From: Octopus vulgaris
Taxonomy: Eukaryota
Direction of reading: 5' to 3'
NCBI GenBank assembly: GCA_951406725.2
Contig: OX597824.1
Location: 4,092,001-4,156,000, forward strand
DNA: 64,000 bases
The notes under the pieces are model-generated. The model did not search any database. It had not been told where the DNA came from and saw only the letters and a program-made list of their open reading frames with translations. A program made the translations under genes and the position numbers. This document shows, piece after piece, positions 48,468-62,392 of the stretch. Numbering within the stretch: position 1 is the first letter of the stretch; each line of letters begins with the position of its first letter.

Positions 48468-48502
48468 ATTTAACGTTTCGAGCAGAGCTCTTCGTCAGAA
48501 AC
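48468..48502 (-). ncRNA. Minimal type I hammerhead ribozyme motif within a probable repeat of about 200 bp (48380-48572)
   Basis: Minus strand GTTT CTGACGA A GAGC tct GCTC GAAAC GTT AAAT; palindromic AACGTT stem III. Confidence 0.75.
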
Positions 48503-48600
48503 ATAGAAAAAGGAAAAATCCAAGGAAGGGAAGACAGAGGAAAAAAATCGCCAACGATACACACGCAGTCACAACACACACAAACATACATATATATATA

Positions 48601-48634
<34 letters not shown>

Positions 48635-50315
48635 ATCATGCACAAATGATCGACTAAAAAGTACTGGAAGGCTGCCCCCCATGTTACTGTAGTCCTATGA
48701 CAGAAACCAATAAAAAAAAAGTATATACACACATCCATATATCATTAGTCTTTTTATAGCTTTCAGCTACTGGGTTTCTACGGTCCCTACCATCATTCAT
48801 TATATTTAAAAATACATATGTCAGTCAAAGTATATCTGTGTTAATCTTTTGTTCTCTGTATGTGTGTGTCTGCGTTTGCAGATATATTGGTGGAGCAAGC
48901 TGAAATTTAGACCAGATCGCTAATCGCATAAGTTTTTCTCTTAAACAGAAATTACGAGAGGGGAGGACATATTTAGGATGTATAACTTACCATTTAATGA
49001 GTTGGATATTTATATTGGTTGGGTGAAGTTGTTGGATAGACTTAAAACCTTTACAAATGAGCAACAGCCTCTGGTTGAGTCAGATGTGGTGACTGGTCAT
49101 CAGCTTATGAATATTAAAGTCCAGTGGTGCTCTCTTGGATTTATGGATTTGCTGTTAATGGTTTTTAACAAGCTGGAATGCTGTAAATATATAGGAAGAT
49201 GAAAATACATAAATTACGGGCTTTCCAGAATAATAACAACAATAATAAGAAGAAGAATAAGAAGAACCATAATAATGATGATGATAATAAATAATAATAA
49301 TAATGATAAAAATTCATGATTCAAAATATCAGAAGTGTAATAATATTATGAAAAATATAAAGTGCAAATGAATAGACAAAGAAATAGATGAGTACATCAA
49401 TAAATGCCATATGTTTGGTATGATTGGTGAGAAGTTGTCCATCTGTATTATTAGAGAGGAGAGAGAGAAAGAGAGAGAAAGAGAGGTGATATTACTAGCT
49501 TATTAGTTTCAAATCTCTTTGCTTCTGTCTCCGGTGTATGTATGTGAACATGTGTTTCTGTGTATCATAGATTATGAGAGCTTATAAACACACACACATA
49601 CACGCATTTACATACATTCATACATTCATGGTAACATATAGAAAGAGTACTCAATACTAAAGTACAATTAATTCAGTAACTGGAGCCAGAACGAACCTCA
49701 TCCTGGACTTTACAAGAGCTAATAATGTATCCCAAACATCGACTTGTAGTTTTGATTCTACAAAGCTACAAGCTGGATGATTGAGATATAAATTTTCAGG
49801 TCATACGAAACCTGAAGGTACTGGGGTGGATTTTTGTTCTGGATACTTAATCGAATATATAAAAGCCTGACGATGCTGCTAATACTTTGAAATCATGGTC
49901 AGCAAGCATTTCATTTGAAGACTATAAACAATAAAATCTCCACCCTCCTCTTTGTAATCAGTGTTATTGAATACTCTACAAAATATCTGCAGTTCTGAAT
50001 AGGAACATGGAATGACCCAAAGAATGAAGTTACCAGTTCTTAGTATCTCTTTCTAAGCTTGAGTTCTATGTGAGGGCCATTGTGGATAGCAGGCATCTAA
50101 ACCAATTTGACCATCAGGGTCAAACGTGGAACTGCACAAAGGGAACTTCTTAGGCACAGAGCCTTCAACCATGGCCGTATCTGCATCAATTATTAAATAC
50201 AGACTTTACATATCTACACAGGTTGATCTCTGTACAACTCCTTGGTTCCGTGTGATATAGCTGTATCTCTTGTCAGTGAAATAAATACAGGCACAACATC
50301 AACAACAATGATATT

Positions 50316-50521
50316 TTCTGCAACAGGGACAAGGCCTGGAATTTGGGGAGGGTGGGGCAGTTAGTCAATAACATTAATCCCTGTACACAACTGGTACTTA
50401 TTTCTGGAAAGGATGAGAGGCAAAGTCGATCTCGATGGAATTTGAACTCAGAATGTAGAGATGAAGGAAATGCCACAAAGCATTTTGCCTGGCATGCTAA
50501 TGTTTCTGCTAGCTTGCCACC

Positions 50522-50522
<1 letters not shown>
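50316..50522 (-). mobile_element. Older SINE family 1 copy
   Basis: CTGGTACTTA...GGATGAGAGGCAAAGTCGA...GGAATTTGAACTCAG. Confidence 0.7.
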
Positions 50523-50579
<57 letters not shown>

Positions 50580-50590
50580 TAATAATAATG

Positions 50591-50642
<52 letters not shown>

Positions 50643-50646
<4 letters not shown>

Positions 50647-50843
50647 CAATCTGAAGAAAATTCTAACTGGGCCTCACTTGCAAGGTCATGCGCTGTTTGT
50701 CTTGATATAAAGTCATGATGTTGCACACATGTGGTTGTGATGCCTGGTGTACCCTTATCAGACAGGTAGTTATGATGGGTACATTGGGCTTTGTATATTT
50801 GTACCCCAGGGCCACTGTGATGGCATGCATTATGCTCTCACTC

Positions 50844-50875
<32 letters not shown>

Positions 50876-50882
50876 TAATAAT
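50643..50882 (+). mobile_element. Probable 5'-truncated non-LTR 3' end with (AAT)n tail, lying within an (AAT)n tract
   Basis: About 200 bp of complex sequence between (AAT)n runs 50523-50643 and 50844-50882; recalled as a recurrent octopus repeat, not verified. Confidence 0.5.
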
Positions 50883-50892
50883 GAATTAAAAT

Positions 50893-51091
50893 TTTGGCAC
50901 AAGGCCAGTAATTCTGGGGAAAAGGCTAAGTCGATTACATGAACCCCAATACTAAACTGCTACTTATTTTATCGACCCCAAAAGGATGAAAGGCAAAGTC
51001 GACCTTGGCAGAATTTGAACTCAGAATGCAAAGACAGATGAAATACCACTAGGCATTTTGCCCGGCATGCTAACGATTCTGCCATCTCACC
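50893..51091 (-). mobile_element. SINE family 1
   Basis: ATCGACCCCAAAAGGATGAAAGGCAAAGTCGACC...TTTGAACTCAG. Confidence 0.8.
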
Positions 51092-51147
51092 ACTCGGTAG
51101 TGCAGTGAAAGCACGCAATAAAAATGGGACTACTAAATAACAATAAC

Positions 51148-51178
<31 letters not shown>

Positions 51179-51876
51179 GTGATGAGAATTTATTTCATTG
51201 TATCTTTTTGCTTTTCTTTTTCTGTTTTTGGTCTGGTTATAGAAATATTTATGATCCTAAAACAGCATCAAATCTGGTTTAGCGTTGTCTTTTATTTCGA
51301 TGTTATTTGTGAGATAACTTTTCTGTCATGATAATCTGCAATTTTGAAATGGGATATCTTTCTTTACAAACACTGATAACTAGTTTTACACATTTTTGTT
51401 CATATATTGTTATTTTACTGCTTTGAATTCCTTTTTATTATTTTTATCAACCCTGGAATAAACTGGATGCTAATTTGTAATTCTTGCATGTGCATATTTG
51501 CGTGTGCATGTCTGTGTGTGCAAGTATGGGGGTTCTTTTTGTTTTTTTTTTACTATCAATTTTTACTTCTTAAATTGTTTATATATGTGTGTATATATTT
51601 TACAGGTATATTGACAAATGTGAGTCAAAATGACATACTGCTTGCATCTGAGAAGGGAAACAGGAAAGAAAATAATAAAGAAAGAAAGTCATAAAGGAAG
51701 AATACAAGGAATTTGCAGAGAGGAAAGCGGAACAGGAAGAATATTCCAAAGTGATTCTGTAATGATGGATTGACAAATATTTAAAGAAGATGGTCAATAG
51801 AAAGAGCAGTGTGTAGAATATATATATGTATGTATGTATATATAGAATATACAGAATATATATATGTATGTATGTA

Positions 51877-51922
<46 letters not shown>

Positions 51923-51923
<1 letters not shown>

Positions 51924-52139
51924 TCTTTTATTTGTTTCAGTCATTTAACTGCAGCCATGCTGGAGCACTGCCTTTTAGTCAAACAAATTGACCCCAGAAC
52001 TTATTCTTCGTAAGCTTGGTACTTATTCTATCAGTCTTTTTTGCTAAACTGCTAAGTTACAGGGACATAAACACACCAATATCAGTCTTCAAGTAACGGT
52101 GGGGGGAAAAAACACAGACACAAAGACACACACACATAA

Positions 52140-52176
<37 letters not shown>

Positions 52177-52338
52177 CGACAGGCTTCTTTCAGTTTCCAT
52201 CTATCAAATCCACTCACAAGGCTTTGGTTGGTTGGCCCGAGGCTATAATAGGAGACACTTGCTCAAGGTGCCATGCAGTGGGACTGAACCCAGAACCATG
52301 TGGTTGGGAAGCAAGCTGCTTACCACACAGCCATGCCT
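51923..52338 (-). mobile_element. SINE family 2
   Basis: Homologous to 30836-31239, with internal (TA)n. Confidence 0.85.
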
Positions 52339-52782
52339 CTGTGTGTGTGTGTGTGTGTGTCTTTCACTTGCTCCAGTTATTAGGTTGAGGTACTGCTTTG
52401 AAGAATTTAGCTGTGGTGGGGGATAAATATGGACACAAAAACATGCAATGAGCTTCTTTCAGTTTCCATCTACCAAATTCACCCACAATGTTTTGGTCAG
52501 TCTGAAGTTTATCATAGAAGACTCTTGTCCAAGGTGCCATGCAGTGGGACTGAACTCAGAGAAACATGGTTGGGAAGTAAACTTCTTACCACACGGCCAC
52601 ACCTGTGCCTATACATTATTTTTTCGCTATCTACCATCAAGTGTGAGTTAATCTTTTTAGCGATGTTTTCATATTATTTATAATTTTTAAACAACTAATT
52701 TGAAGATGCAATATCTTCCAACTGAAAAAGCCATGTTAAAATCTTCATGCACAGAAGTGGTACTAGTATCCGTTTCTACTCC

Positions 52783-52908
52783 AGGCACAAGGCCTGAAAT
52801 TTTTGGGGAGGGGGCCTGTCGATTAGATCAACCCCAATATGCAACTGAAAGGATGAAAGGCAAAGTCGACCCCGGCAGAATTTGAACTCAGAACGTAATA
52901 ACAGACAA
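52783..52908 (-). mobile_element. SINE family 1 variant, truncated, with TSD
   Basis: AGAAGTGGTACTA[G/T]TATC on both sides (about 52753 and 52910). Confidence 0.8.
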
Positions 52909-53665
52909 AAGAAGTGGTACTATTATCATCTCATGTTTACAAAGGTACCAAGCCATATCTATTTTGTAAGGAATAATTCTGGTTTCTCAAATCAATTTCT
53001 ATCATTTAGGCATTTAGTGACAACATGAAATCTGTTTAAGTCATTTTAAATATCATATTGTTGTTTAGCAGTTTTGCCTCAAGTTTGGATGCATATTCTA
53101 TAGAATCTTTGTGTGTGTGTGTGTATATCTGCCTGTCTATTTAACTTCTCTTTCTCTCAATACACACACACACACACACACATACATACATACATACAGA
53201 CAGACACACACACACACACACAGAGAAACATAGCATTTCCTGCCATTCCCAGTTCACAAGAATAAGGTATACACAGACATGTTAAAAAAATCTAGCAATG
53301 TAATTCTGCCATACAGTATAGCAATGAAAGAAAACCCTGTTAGCATACTGGGCTGGTTGTTGTTGTTGTTGGGGATGCTGCTTCTCGTGAGCCCTGATTA
53401 AAAGGATTGAAATATAGCATGTTCAGTTGGCCCCTGCTTTCCCTATTCACAAAAATACTATATACACCAGATTTGCTGTTTACATTCATTGATGAATACA
53501 GAATGTTTAAAAAAAAATCTACAGACATATTCTTTAACACAATGTAATAATGAGATAAAATACTGTTAATGCACTATATATATATATATATGAGTATATA
53601 AATGTATATATGTGTATATATATATGAATATATAAATGTATATACATGTATATATGTGTGTGTGA

Positions 53666-53699
<34 letters not shown>

Positions 53700-53734
53700 G
53701 TATATACATATATACATGTATATATGTATATATA

Positions 53735-53784
<50 letters not shown>

Positions 53785-53800
53785 AGTGTGTGTGTATGTG

Positions 53801-53846
<46 letters not shown>

Positions 53847-55379
53847 AAGTAATTAATTAGGAATTTGGGAAATGGTGAGAAACCAATAACCTACATGCTT
53901 GTGCATATATTATACACATACACACACAATATAGATTAACACACACACACACACATAATAAATAGGTTACAGCTGCCCTCCCCCCCCACCTAATTTCCAC
54001 TTGATTGCTTTCTATTTAGTCACTTTCTGACAATGTTAGAATTTCCCTCACACAGCAGCTCTACCCCCCCCCCTTTGTCAGTCTTTTAGGAAGGACTTTT
54101 TTTTTTTTAATTATATTAAAGTAATCCCAGTGTCTTGTTTCAGAACACCTTTTGCTGATTCGTTTTGCTTTTCTTCTCTGTTTTCTTTTTTTTCTTTTCT
54201 ATTCTATTATTCCAATCTTAGGTGTTTAGAAGCTAAACTGTTTCCTTACACTTGAGGAATGTTCCTCTGTAGACAATAGTCTTCTTTAGATTAGAGATAT
54301 TATTTGTTTGGGTCTGGATGGATGTTGTTGCTTCGCTTGCATCTGTTTATTTTCTTCATCTCACAAAGGTATCGAGTGAATGTCACAGCAATTGAATATG
54401 AACAAGAATCTATTAGCCAGAAAGCTGGTGCATTAATTCGCAAACACACGTACGCACACACACAATTCCAATGTCGTCAATCACTGTCACGAGGAAGCTC
54501 TGTAGATTTACAATCAATCGAGATTAAACACAGAGTGTGTCTACTGTTGCAAGTAATTTGAGAAAAAGGCAGCATTTTCTGAAAACTTTGCTTATTTTTA
54601 ATTTTCAGTTTGGTTTTCCTTGTCCCTTACTCTATAGGAAATGTTGTTGTTATTGTTGTTGTTAGTTTAATATGTGGTAGATGTGACCTACAATAGGGGT
54701 TGCTTGCCAAAGCTGCTCATTCCCAGCTTCACTGCTTGGTGTCATGGCAACTGTTCTGTTTGGCAGAGCTGCAGGCCAAAGATGCTTGAACACTTCTTTG
54801 TTGCTAAGTATCCATCACACACCCAACCAGGTTCCACTCTTTCTCAGTCATCATCTTTGTTTCCAGCAATCATTATTTTCATTTTAAACACCTTTACTAT
54901 TCTCCGAGTCTTGACTCTGCTGAAAGTAGCTTTAACATTCAACTGTTTTAGAAAGAAATAATTTAGTTTGGGATTGTTATTGGTCCTGCGGGTCTCACTC
55001 CAGATTAGCCGGATCAAAAGCCTTCTAACTGTGACCATCCTGTCTTTCCGCCACAGTTTTTCTCACACTATAATATCCAATGTATCTTTCCTGTCTTTTC
55101 TTCGAATGCAGTAGCATATTTTCGAAAGATTTGACTGCTATTTCTAGCAGAGTATGTGACCAGAATCTGGGATATGTTGTTTGCTTACGTTGTTTAGCTC
55201 CCAAGTCAAATTTGACAGAGTACCCCTAAAATCAACCATTACCATGCAACCATTACCAACCCATTATTTTCATAAATATATTTAAGACAACTCTGTCTGA
55301 TGTATTCTTCCATTTTTTAAGATGTGACTTAGCAGCTACTTTGAATCATATCTATCTGTGGTCTTCTTTATTCCATAGT

Positions 55380-55630
55380 CATCATCATCATCGTCGTTTA
55401 ACATCCGCTTTCCATGCCACTTCAAAGCACCCACGATGGTGACACGTAAAATGTACCCAGCACTCTCTTTTAAGTGGTTGGCATTGGGAAGGGCATCCAA
55501 CCATAGAAACCATGCCACAACAGACAGCTAGACTCTGGACAGCTCCTTACTAGCCAGTTCTACGTCAAACTATCCAACCCATGCCAACAGGGAGAACCAG
55601 ATGTTAAACGATGATAATGATGATGATGAT
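55380..55630. mobile_element. SINE-like family 3 copy preceded by an inverted tail fragment
   Basis: 55380-55418 is the reverse-complement tail; 55419-55630 is a plus-strand copy ending GTTAAACGATGATAATGATG. Confidence 0.7.
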
Positions 55631-55791
55631 AATGGTGTCTACTGTAACTTGATGATGTTTCTCTTTACAGGTAACTTATCTCAGTTGGGGTGGGCATCTA
55701 GCAATGCAAACTATTTGCATCGACAATTCAACATGCAATGTATCCAAATTCACATAACCAAGACTCTCCAGGCCAACATGGGAAGATAAAG

Positions 55792-55907
<116 letters not shown>

Positions 55908-56823
55908 AAACTAAATAAACAATTTATTATTAAGTTTTACAACTATTCTTCTCTTTCTCTTTGTGTTTGATTAATTCCTTTGAATTCCATCAGTTTTATT
56001 TTCTTCCCTTCTTGCATTCCTTCAATCTTCTTGAATTTCTCACAACCATTTCTGCTCATAGTTTCATTCCGTTACCATTTCAACTACCGTTAGATCCAGA
56101 GGCAATAAAAGATAAAGATAATTTTGTTAAAAAGAAAACAAAAATATCTAAACAAGACATTAACCATTCTGTTGTTATAGCAATAACAATAGCAACATGT
56201 TCCGTATAATAATATCGAATACGGTATTGGCATGTCTTTTTCCTTGTCGTAGTTTACAGCAATCAGTCAAATGTTGAATAAACCTGAAATTTCTGGTTTA
56301 GGTTAACCCAATGTTTTGGTATTTATATACTTTACATGAATAGAAAAGAATAGAATAGAATTTGTTCTTAATTATTTCCAGTAAAAGAATACCAATATTG
56401 ATAAAGAAGGAATAGAAAAGAAAGGCTTACATTCTTTACAATGCAGTTACCAGTTTTAGACACACACACACACACACACACACACACAAGAATGCCATAA
56501 CATTTCACATTGTTAGGTAACAATAAAATGATTGTATTAATGCAAAGTGCAAATAGGAACACAATCACTGATAGAATAGAACTTTCTTAAAGATGTGGCA
56601 AGAATTGAATTTAAATTTATTAGTATCAATTAACGAACCACTCATCAATTACATAATGCTTCTCATGCCTCTTATGCAATCTGTGGATGGAAGCTGTGAG
56701 AGTTCCCTGTCTTAGCCATGGATATTACAGTGTTTTTGGCAAATGTGTACATTCAGCCCCACAGATCCCTAAAATGTAAAGTTCTGAAGCAATTGAAAAA
56801 AATTTAAAGAGACATAAATATAT

Positions 56824-57042
56824 TTAACCCTTTCAATACCAACCCGGCTGAAACCAGCTTTGGCTCTGTAGTACAAATGCTTTGTTTAAACTAAAATCTT
56901 CCATCAAACCTTTGTCACAAATTCTGTTCCTAACATGAGTTTAGTGATAACAAAGTTATTTTACTAAATTCTTTGTTATATTTAAAATTAATTGAAAGAA
57001 ACACAGAGCATCTCAACAGAAATTCGGTAATGAAAGGGTTAA
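56824..57042. mobile_element. piggyBac-like MITE
   Basis: TTAACCCTTTC...GAAAGGGTTAA. Confidence 0.85.
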
Positions 57043-57348
57043 AGTTAAAGTGAGACAGTTATTATTTTGTACAGACACAGATTGGCAGTTACATTTTTTT
57101 GTGAAGTTACACACACACACACATGCATGCATGTTTGTTACTGTTATTATTTTATATATATATATATATGTGTCTTCATCACTGTAGAGTGATGAAATAA
57201 CCAATTTGGAATATATGTATCTGCATACAAACATCATTTGTTGGGTGTAGTACTGTTGTACACAGAGCAGAAGGTCACTCCCCACTCTTTCCAGTGGTAG
57301 ACACATCACACTGTCCAGTTTAATACTGTCTTCTGCTTATAAGGGCCT

Positions 57349-57637
57349 TTAACCCTTTTGATACCAACCCGGCTGAAACTGCCTCTGGCTCTGAGTACAA
57401 ATGTCTTTTTTTCGTAAGTTCTGAATTAGAATCTTCCACCAAACCTTAGTCACAATTTATGTTCCTAACACTAGCTTAATGATAACCAAAGAATTTTACT
57501 AAATTCTTTGTTATATTTAAAATTAATTGAATGAAACACAGAGCAGTACTACACCCAACAAATGATATCTGTATGCAGATACATACATTCCAAATTGGTT
57601 ATTTCATCACTCTACATATGGTAACAAAAGGGGTTAA
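57349..57637. mobile_element. piggyBac-like MITE carrying a 73-bp inverted copy of nearby flank
   Basis: TTAACCCTTTT...AAAAGGGGTTAA; 57544-57616 is the reverse complement of 57183-57255. Confidence 0.85.
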
Positions 57638-58389
57638 GGAGCACTGTAAGCTTTTAGCATTTAGCCCAGGCTCTCAGCAGAAAGTTATTGCGACTTCATA
57701 GCAGACTGTGACACCCTCCACACACTTCTTTTGATGCCTAAAACCCAGGACAATTCTCCTTTCTCTTCTCTAACATGCAAACCACATGTTCCATTCTATA
57801 AAACATAAATCTTTCAAGCCTTATCTGTGCCCACATGCAGGCTCTCTCCTATCGTGTGTTGTATCACGCATGACAAATGGCCGATTACATCAGAACCCAA
57901 AAGCAACAAGCTATACTCCTAAATTACACCTGTAAATGAATTAGAACAATGTAGATCTATCTACAAACACATGAATGTGTTTGTAGATAAATATACACAC
58001 AAACATATACATACAGACACACATATATACACATATACACACAAATAGTTGCATCAGTTGCAATGAATAGGTTCTAATTTGCTAGTATTCTTTCCTTAAT
58101 ATTGCTGATACACCATTATTTAAAGAAATTTGATACTTATCAATTACAACTGTAGGTTCTTTGACTACAAGTTTTGTATCCTAAACTTAACTTTCTTTTC
58201 TTTGTATTTTTCTAACAAATTTTGATGAGTGAATTTGTTCTTCATTGCAACTTCCAAATTCCTTTGATGAGGTGACTGACGAGGCACTTTGCCAGGGTTT
58301 GTGAAGCAGTTTTTCTCTTTCAATGTGTTACCAAAATGTATGTCAGAAATGAGAGCTGAATAGATTTAAATATCAATAATGTTTTCCTT

Positions 58390-58460
<71 letters not shown>

Positions 58461-58551
58461 ATGCATGTGTGTGTGAGTGCAATAAATCAAATAAAACTGC
58501 TGAATATCTACATTAATAAAGAAACCTATGGCCAGTATTAAACAAGGCAAA

Positions 58552-58782
58552 GGCGGCGAGCTGGTAGAATCGTTAGCACGCCGGGCGAAATGCGTAGCCG
58601 TATTTCGTCTGCCATTACGTTCGGAGTTCAAATTCCACTGAGGTCGAATTTGCCTTTCATCCTTTCGGGGTTGATAAATTAAGTACCAGTTACGCACTGG
58701 AGTCGATGTAATCGACTTAAGCCCTTTGTCTGTCCTTGTTTGTCCCCTCTATGTTTAGCCCCTTGTGGGTAGTAAAGAAATA
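58552..58782 (+). mobile_element. SINE family 1, full length with TSD
   Basis: Family consensus; AGTATTAAACAA[G/A]GCA on both sides. Confidence 0.9.
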
Positions 58783-59249
58783 AGTATTAAACAAAGCAGT
58801 TCATGTCTGAGACATTTCTGAACATTTTAGAAGGAAATTACCATTTATGGTAACAAAATTATTTAATGTGATGTGTACACTAACAATAAGAAATTATATG
58901 GTTATAAGGCTGTACGAGGTTCAGCCTCAGGCATTTTGTAATATCTAGATAAATATTTTGATTTATGATCGTAAAAATATGTTTGTTCTGAACAGGTCTC
59001 TTTTTCAGAAAGATAAATTACAAATCTTTAATTCCTTGTTTCTAAAGTTTCAATGTTTTTCAAATAATTGTGCCTGACATTATTTCTTAAAACCAGACAA
59101 ACTTATGTGTAGTGATCTTTCAAGTTTTCCAGAAGGATATTGATGTTCACTGAATTTCAACTTGGAAGGATTCACAGTAAAATGGATATGGAGTTTAGAA
59201 ATTGCATTATCTGCTGTAAATATTGACACACAATAGACTTTCAATTTCT

Positions 59250-59760
59250 AAAGATATTGGTCAGTGTAAAGGATTAAGGCCATTGTACATATTGGAATAA
59301 CTGGACATAGATAAACACTACAGCCTCTTATCGATATAACTTCTACTATCAGCATGCAAACCACATTTAAAATTTGGAGTGGCAAGGTCTGGAACTTCTG
59401 ATTCAACTGCTCCAAACACCAATAGACAAATTTTGGACTGACCATTGTATTGTATGGCTTTCTTTTGCTAATGTGGATACTCAATAGTTTTTATTCAATT
59501 CCATATTTTGTTTTTTTATTTTGTTATTACACTTTCCATTTCAAGTTGCTTTATAACTGATAAGACATACAACTCAATAAAATTGATTCTGAAATATTTC
59601 ATCAGAAATTCAGGAAAATTACAAGTGTCCCCCTATTGATATTGTTATCATGATCCATAGTTAAACACGACTGATATCTCTGATGGTTAAGATAACAGCG
59701 ACAGAAGTATTAATGGCAGAGTTGAGAGCTCATGTCTTAACACTGTGGCTTTGCACAAGA
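59250..59760 (-). mobile_element. Decayed RTE-like LINE RT C-terminal fragment
   Basis: SIHISKRKPYNTMVSPKFVYW...LNVVCML weakly resembles the RTE motif K.++Y.T+V.P.LLYG...F...CLR. Confidence 0.35.
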
Positions 59761-59840
59761 CATTATACTCTGAATAACCGAGTTCCTCTCACTGGAGGGA
59801 TGGAGTTGCTGTTGTTCATTATTCCCAGGGTGGCCCTCCT

Positions 59841-60092
59841 CATCATCATCGTTTAACGTCTGTTTTCCATGCTAGCATGGGTTGGACGATTTTGACTGAG
59901 GGCTGGCGAACCAGACAGCCGCACCAGGCTCCAATCTTGATTTGGCAGAGTTTCTACAGCTGGATGTCCTTCCTAATGCCAACCACTCTGAGAGTGTAGT
60001 GGGTGCTTTTTACGTGCCACTGGCATGGGGCCAGTCAGGTGGTACTGGCAATGGCCTCGCTCAAATCTTTTTACACATGCCACCGGCACAGG
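59841..60092 (-). mobile_element. SINE-like family 3
   Basis: CATCATCATCGTTTAACGTCTGTTTTCCATGCTAGCATGGGTTGGACG... Confidence 0.8.
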
Positions 60093-60847
60093 TATAGGCA
60101 AATTCATAATCAAAAATTTCCAGCCATGACCATCTTTCTTTATACTAAGACTACATTACCAAGAGAAAGATACATTTTGGACTCTCTAAGATGACAGGGC
60201 ATGGCTTGATGGAAACTTGGTTGTTATTTCTAGCAGGTCAAACAACACCATAGAGAGAGTGAGACCCATGTTAACTTGACCATATGGCACTGGTGTAAGC
60301 TGTGGCAACATCGTAAGAATTGATAATCATTTTGTCATCTATGGTATTAAGTTTGGGTCCTCATGTGTGATTAGGCCATAATAGAATCCTGATCAGCATA
60401 CACGCAGTCTCAACATTATTGAGTTGAAGAGGAGTGAATACGAATTCATAACCTTTCAGCCAAGTGCATTTAGAGTACTTCAAACGAATTTCTATTTGCA
60501 ATAAAATATAAATACGAATAAATATAAAAACAGACAAAATGTTTCATTTTCCTAATATGGAAAATTCAGAAAATGCAAAATAAAAAATAAAGTACTTAGA
60601 AATGAATATATGACAATAAAGAGTTAATATTGTGAATGGCTATAAAATTATCATTCATTCACAGCATAACTTTTCATGCTGAATGCACTATTCTCTATTG
60701 AAATTATTCATGCTGGATGAAAAACTGTCGTTCAGTTGTCAGTAGAAGGCATAGAGTTGGAAACAGGCTTGAGAAGGAAGTGATGCAGTCGGATTTCAGA
60801 TCTTTGGGGGTTTTCTTAGTTGGAATGACACGAAAATTTAGGGTCAA

Positions 60848-60890
<43 letters not shown>

Positions 60891-61067
60891 ATATCTCTTT
60901 CTCTCTCTCTATCTATCTATCCAGCTATCTATCTATCTATCTATCCAGCTATCTATCAATGCATCTCTACATCCAGCCATCCATGCATGCATCTATCTAT
61001 TTATCTGTCTATCTATCTATGCATCTATCTATCTATCTATCTATCTATCTGTTTATCTGTCTCTCTC

Positions 61068-61124
<57 letters not shown>

Positions 61125-61126
61125 GC

Positions 61127-61158
<32 letters not shown>

Positions 61159-61405
61159 GTCTATCTATCTCTTTCTCTCTCTCTATCTATGCATCTATCT
61201 ATCTATCTATCCAGCTATCTATCTATGCATCTCTCTATATATCCAGCCATCCATGCATGCATCTATCTATTTATCCGTCTGTCCATCCATCCATCTGTCC
61301 GTCCGTCCGTCCGTCCGTCCGTCCATCCATCCATCCATCCATCTATCTATCTATGCATCTATCTATGCATCTATCCATCCATTCATCCATCCATCTATCT
61401 ATCTA
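60848..61405 (+). repeat. Compound (TCTA)n/(TCCA)n/(TCCG)n tetranucleotide array
   Basis: Read directly; source of the LSIY ORFs. Confidence 0.95.
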
Positions 61406-62142
61406 CACACATGCATGCACACACAAACACAAACACACACACTCTTAATAATAACCTAAGGTCAAAATGATGGTTGTGCAAGATTTTATATAAAAAATGT
61501 AGACTCAACCTTTGTATCATGTACTGAGTACTACATATGAAAAAGTGGTCCACTTCAATTGAACAAAATTCAATGGAGATAATGCAATATACATACATAT
61601 ATAAATAAATACATATATATACACATTTATTACCATTGTCATCGTTGTTTCTATGCTCACATTTCATGGTTGTGTGAAAGTGAAAATGGAATTCCTTGAG
61701 CTAAATTCTCTATGACTGGTTACCCTTTCTATCAGCAGCCCTCACCTGTTTCTAAGCAAGGTAATATTTCCCCATTGCTGAATATGTATTGGGGGATGAC
61801 TGGAAACAAGGAAAACTGATAGCATGATGATGATGATGATGCTTATTTACATCTGTTGCGTAATGTCAAGACAAGGTGATGCACACACACACACCCATCA
61901 AAAACAAATACATTCACACACACATGACTGGTATTTTTTTCACTTTCCATCCTCCAGATCTACTCACAAGACTCTGGTTGGCCCAGAGTTATAGCAGAAG
62001 ACACTTGCCTGCCCTAGGTGCCATGCAGTGGGACTGAATCCAAAACCATGTGTGGTCAGGAAAGCAACTTCTTAACCAGATAGCCATGCCTCTCTCTGTG
62101 TGTGCGTGTGTGCATCCACATATGTATGTGTATATGTTACTA

Positions 62143-62392
62143 CTATGGCACTCTGTCGGTTACGATGACGAGGGTCCCATTGGATCCAATCAATGGAATA
62201 GCCTGCTCGTGAAATTAATGTGTAAGTGGCTGAACACTCCACAGACACGTGTACCCTTAATGTAGTTCTCGGAGAGGTCCAGCATGACACAGGGTGTGAC
62301 AAGGAAGGCCCTTTGAAATACAGGTGCAACAGAAACAAGAAGACAGAGTGAAAGTTGTGGTGAAAGAGTACAGCAGGGTTTACCACCCACCC
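62143..62392 (-). mobile_element. SINE family 4, 3' part
   Basis: Reverse-complement homology to 8450-8617. Confidence 0.8.

Noticed and set aside
49862-49905. CTGACGA...GAAATCATGGTC hammerhead-like motif
   Set aside because: No credible stem II or stem I in this copy.
58274-58300. CTGACGA-GGCA-CTT-TGCC as a hammerhead
   Set aside because: No GAAA after stem II and no stem I or III.
60717-61470. 243-aa and overlapping ORFs
   Set aside because: Translations of (TCTA)n/(TCCA)n repeats.
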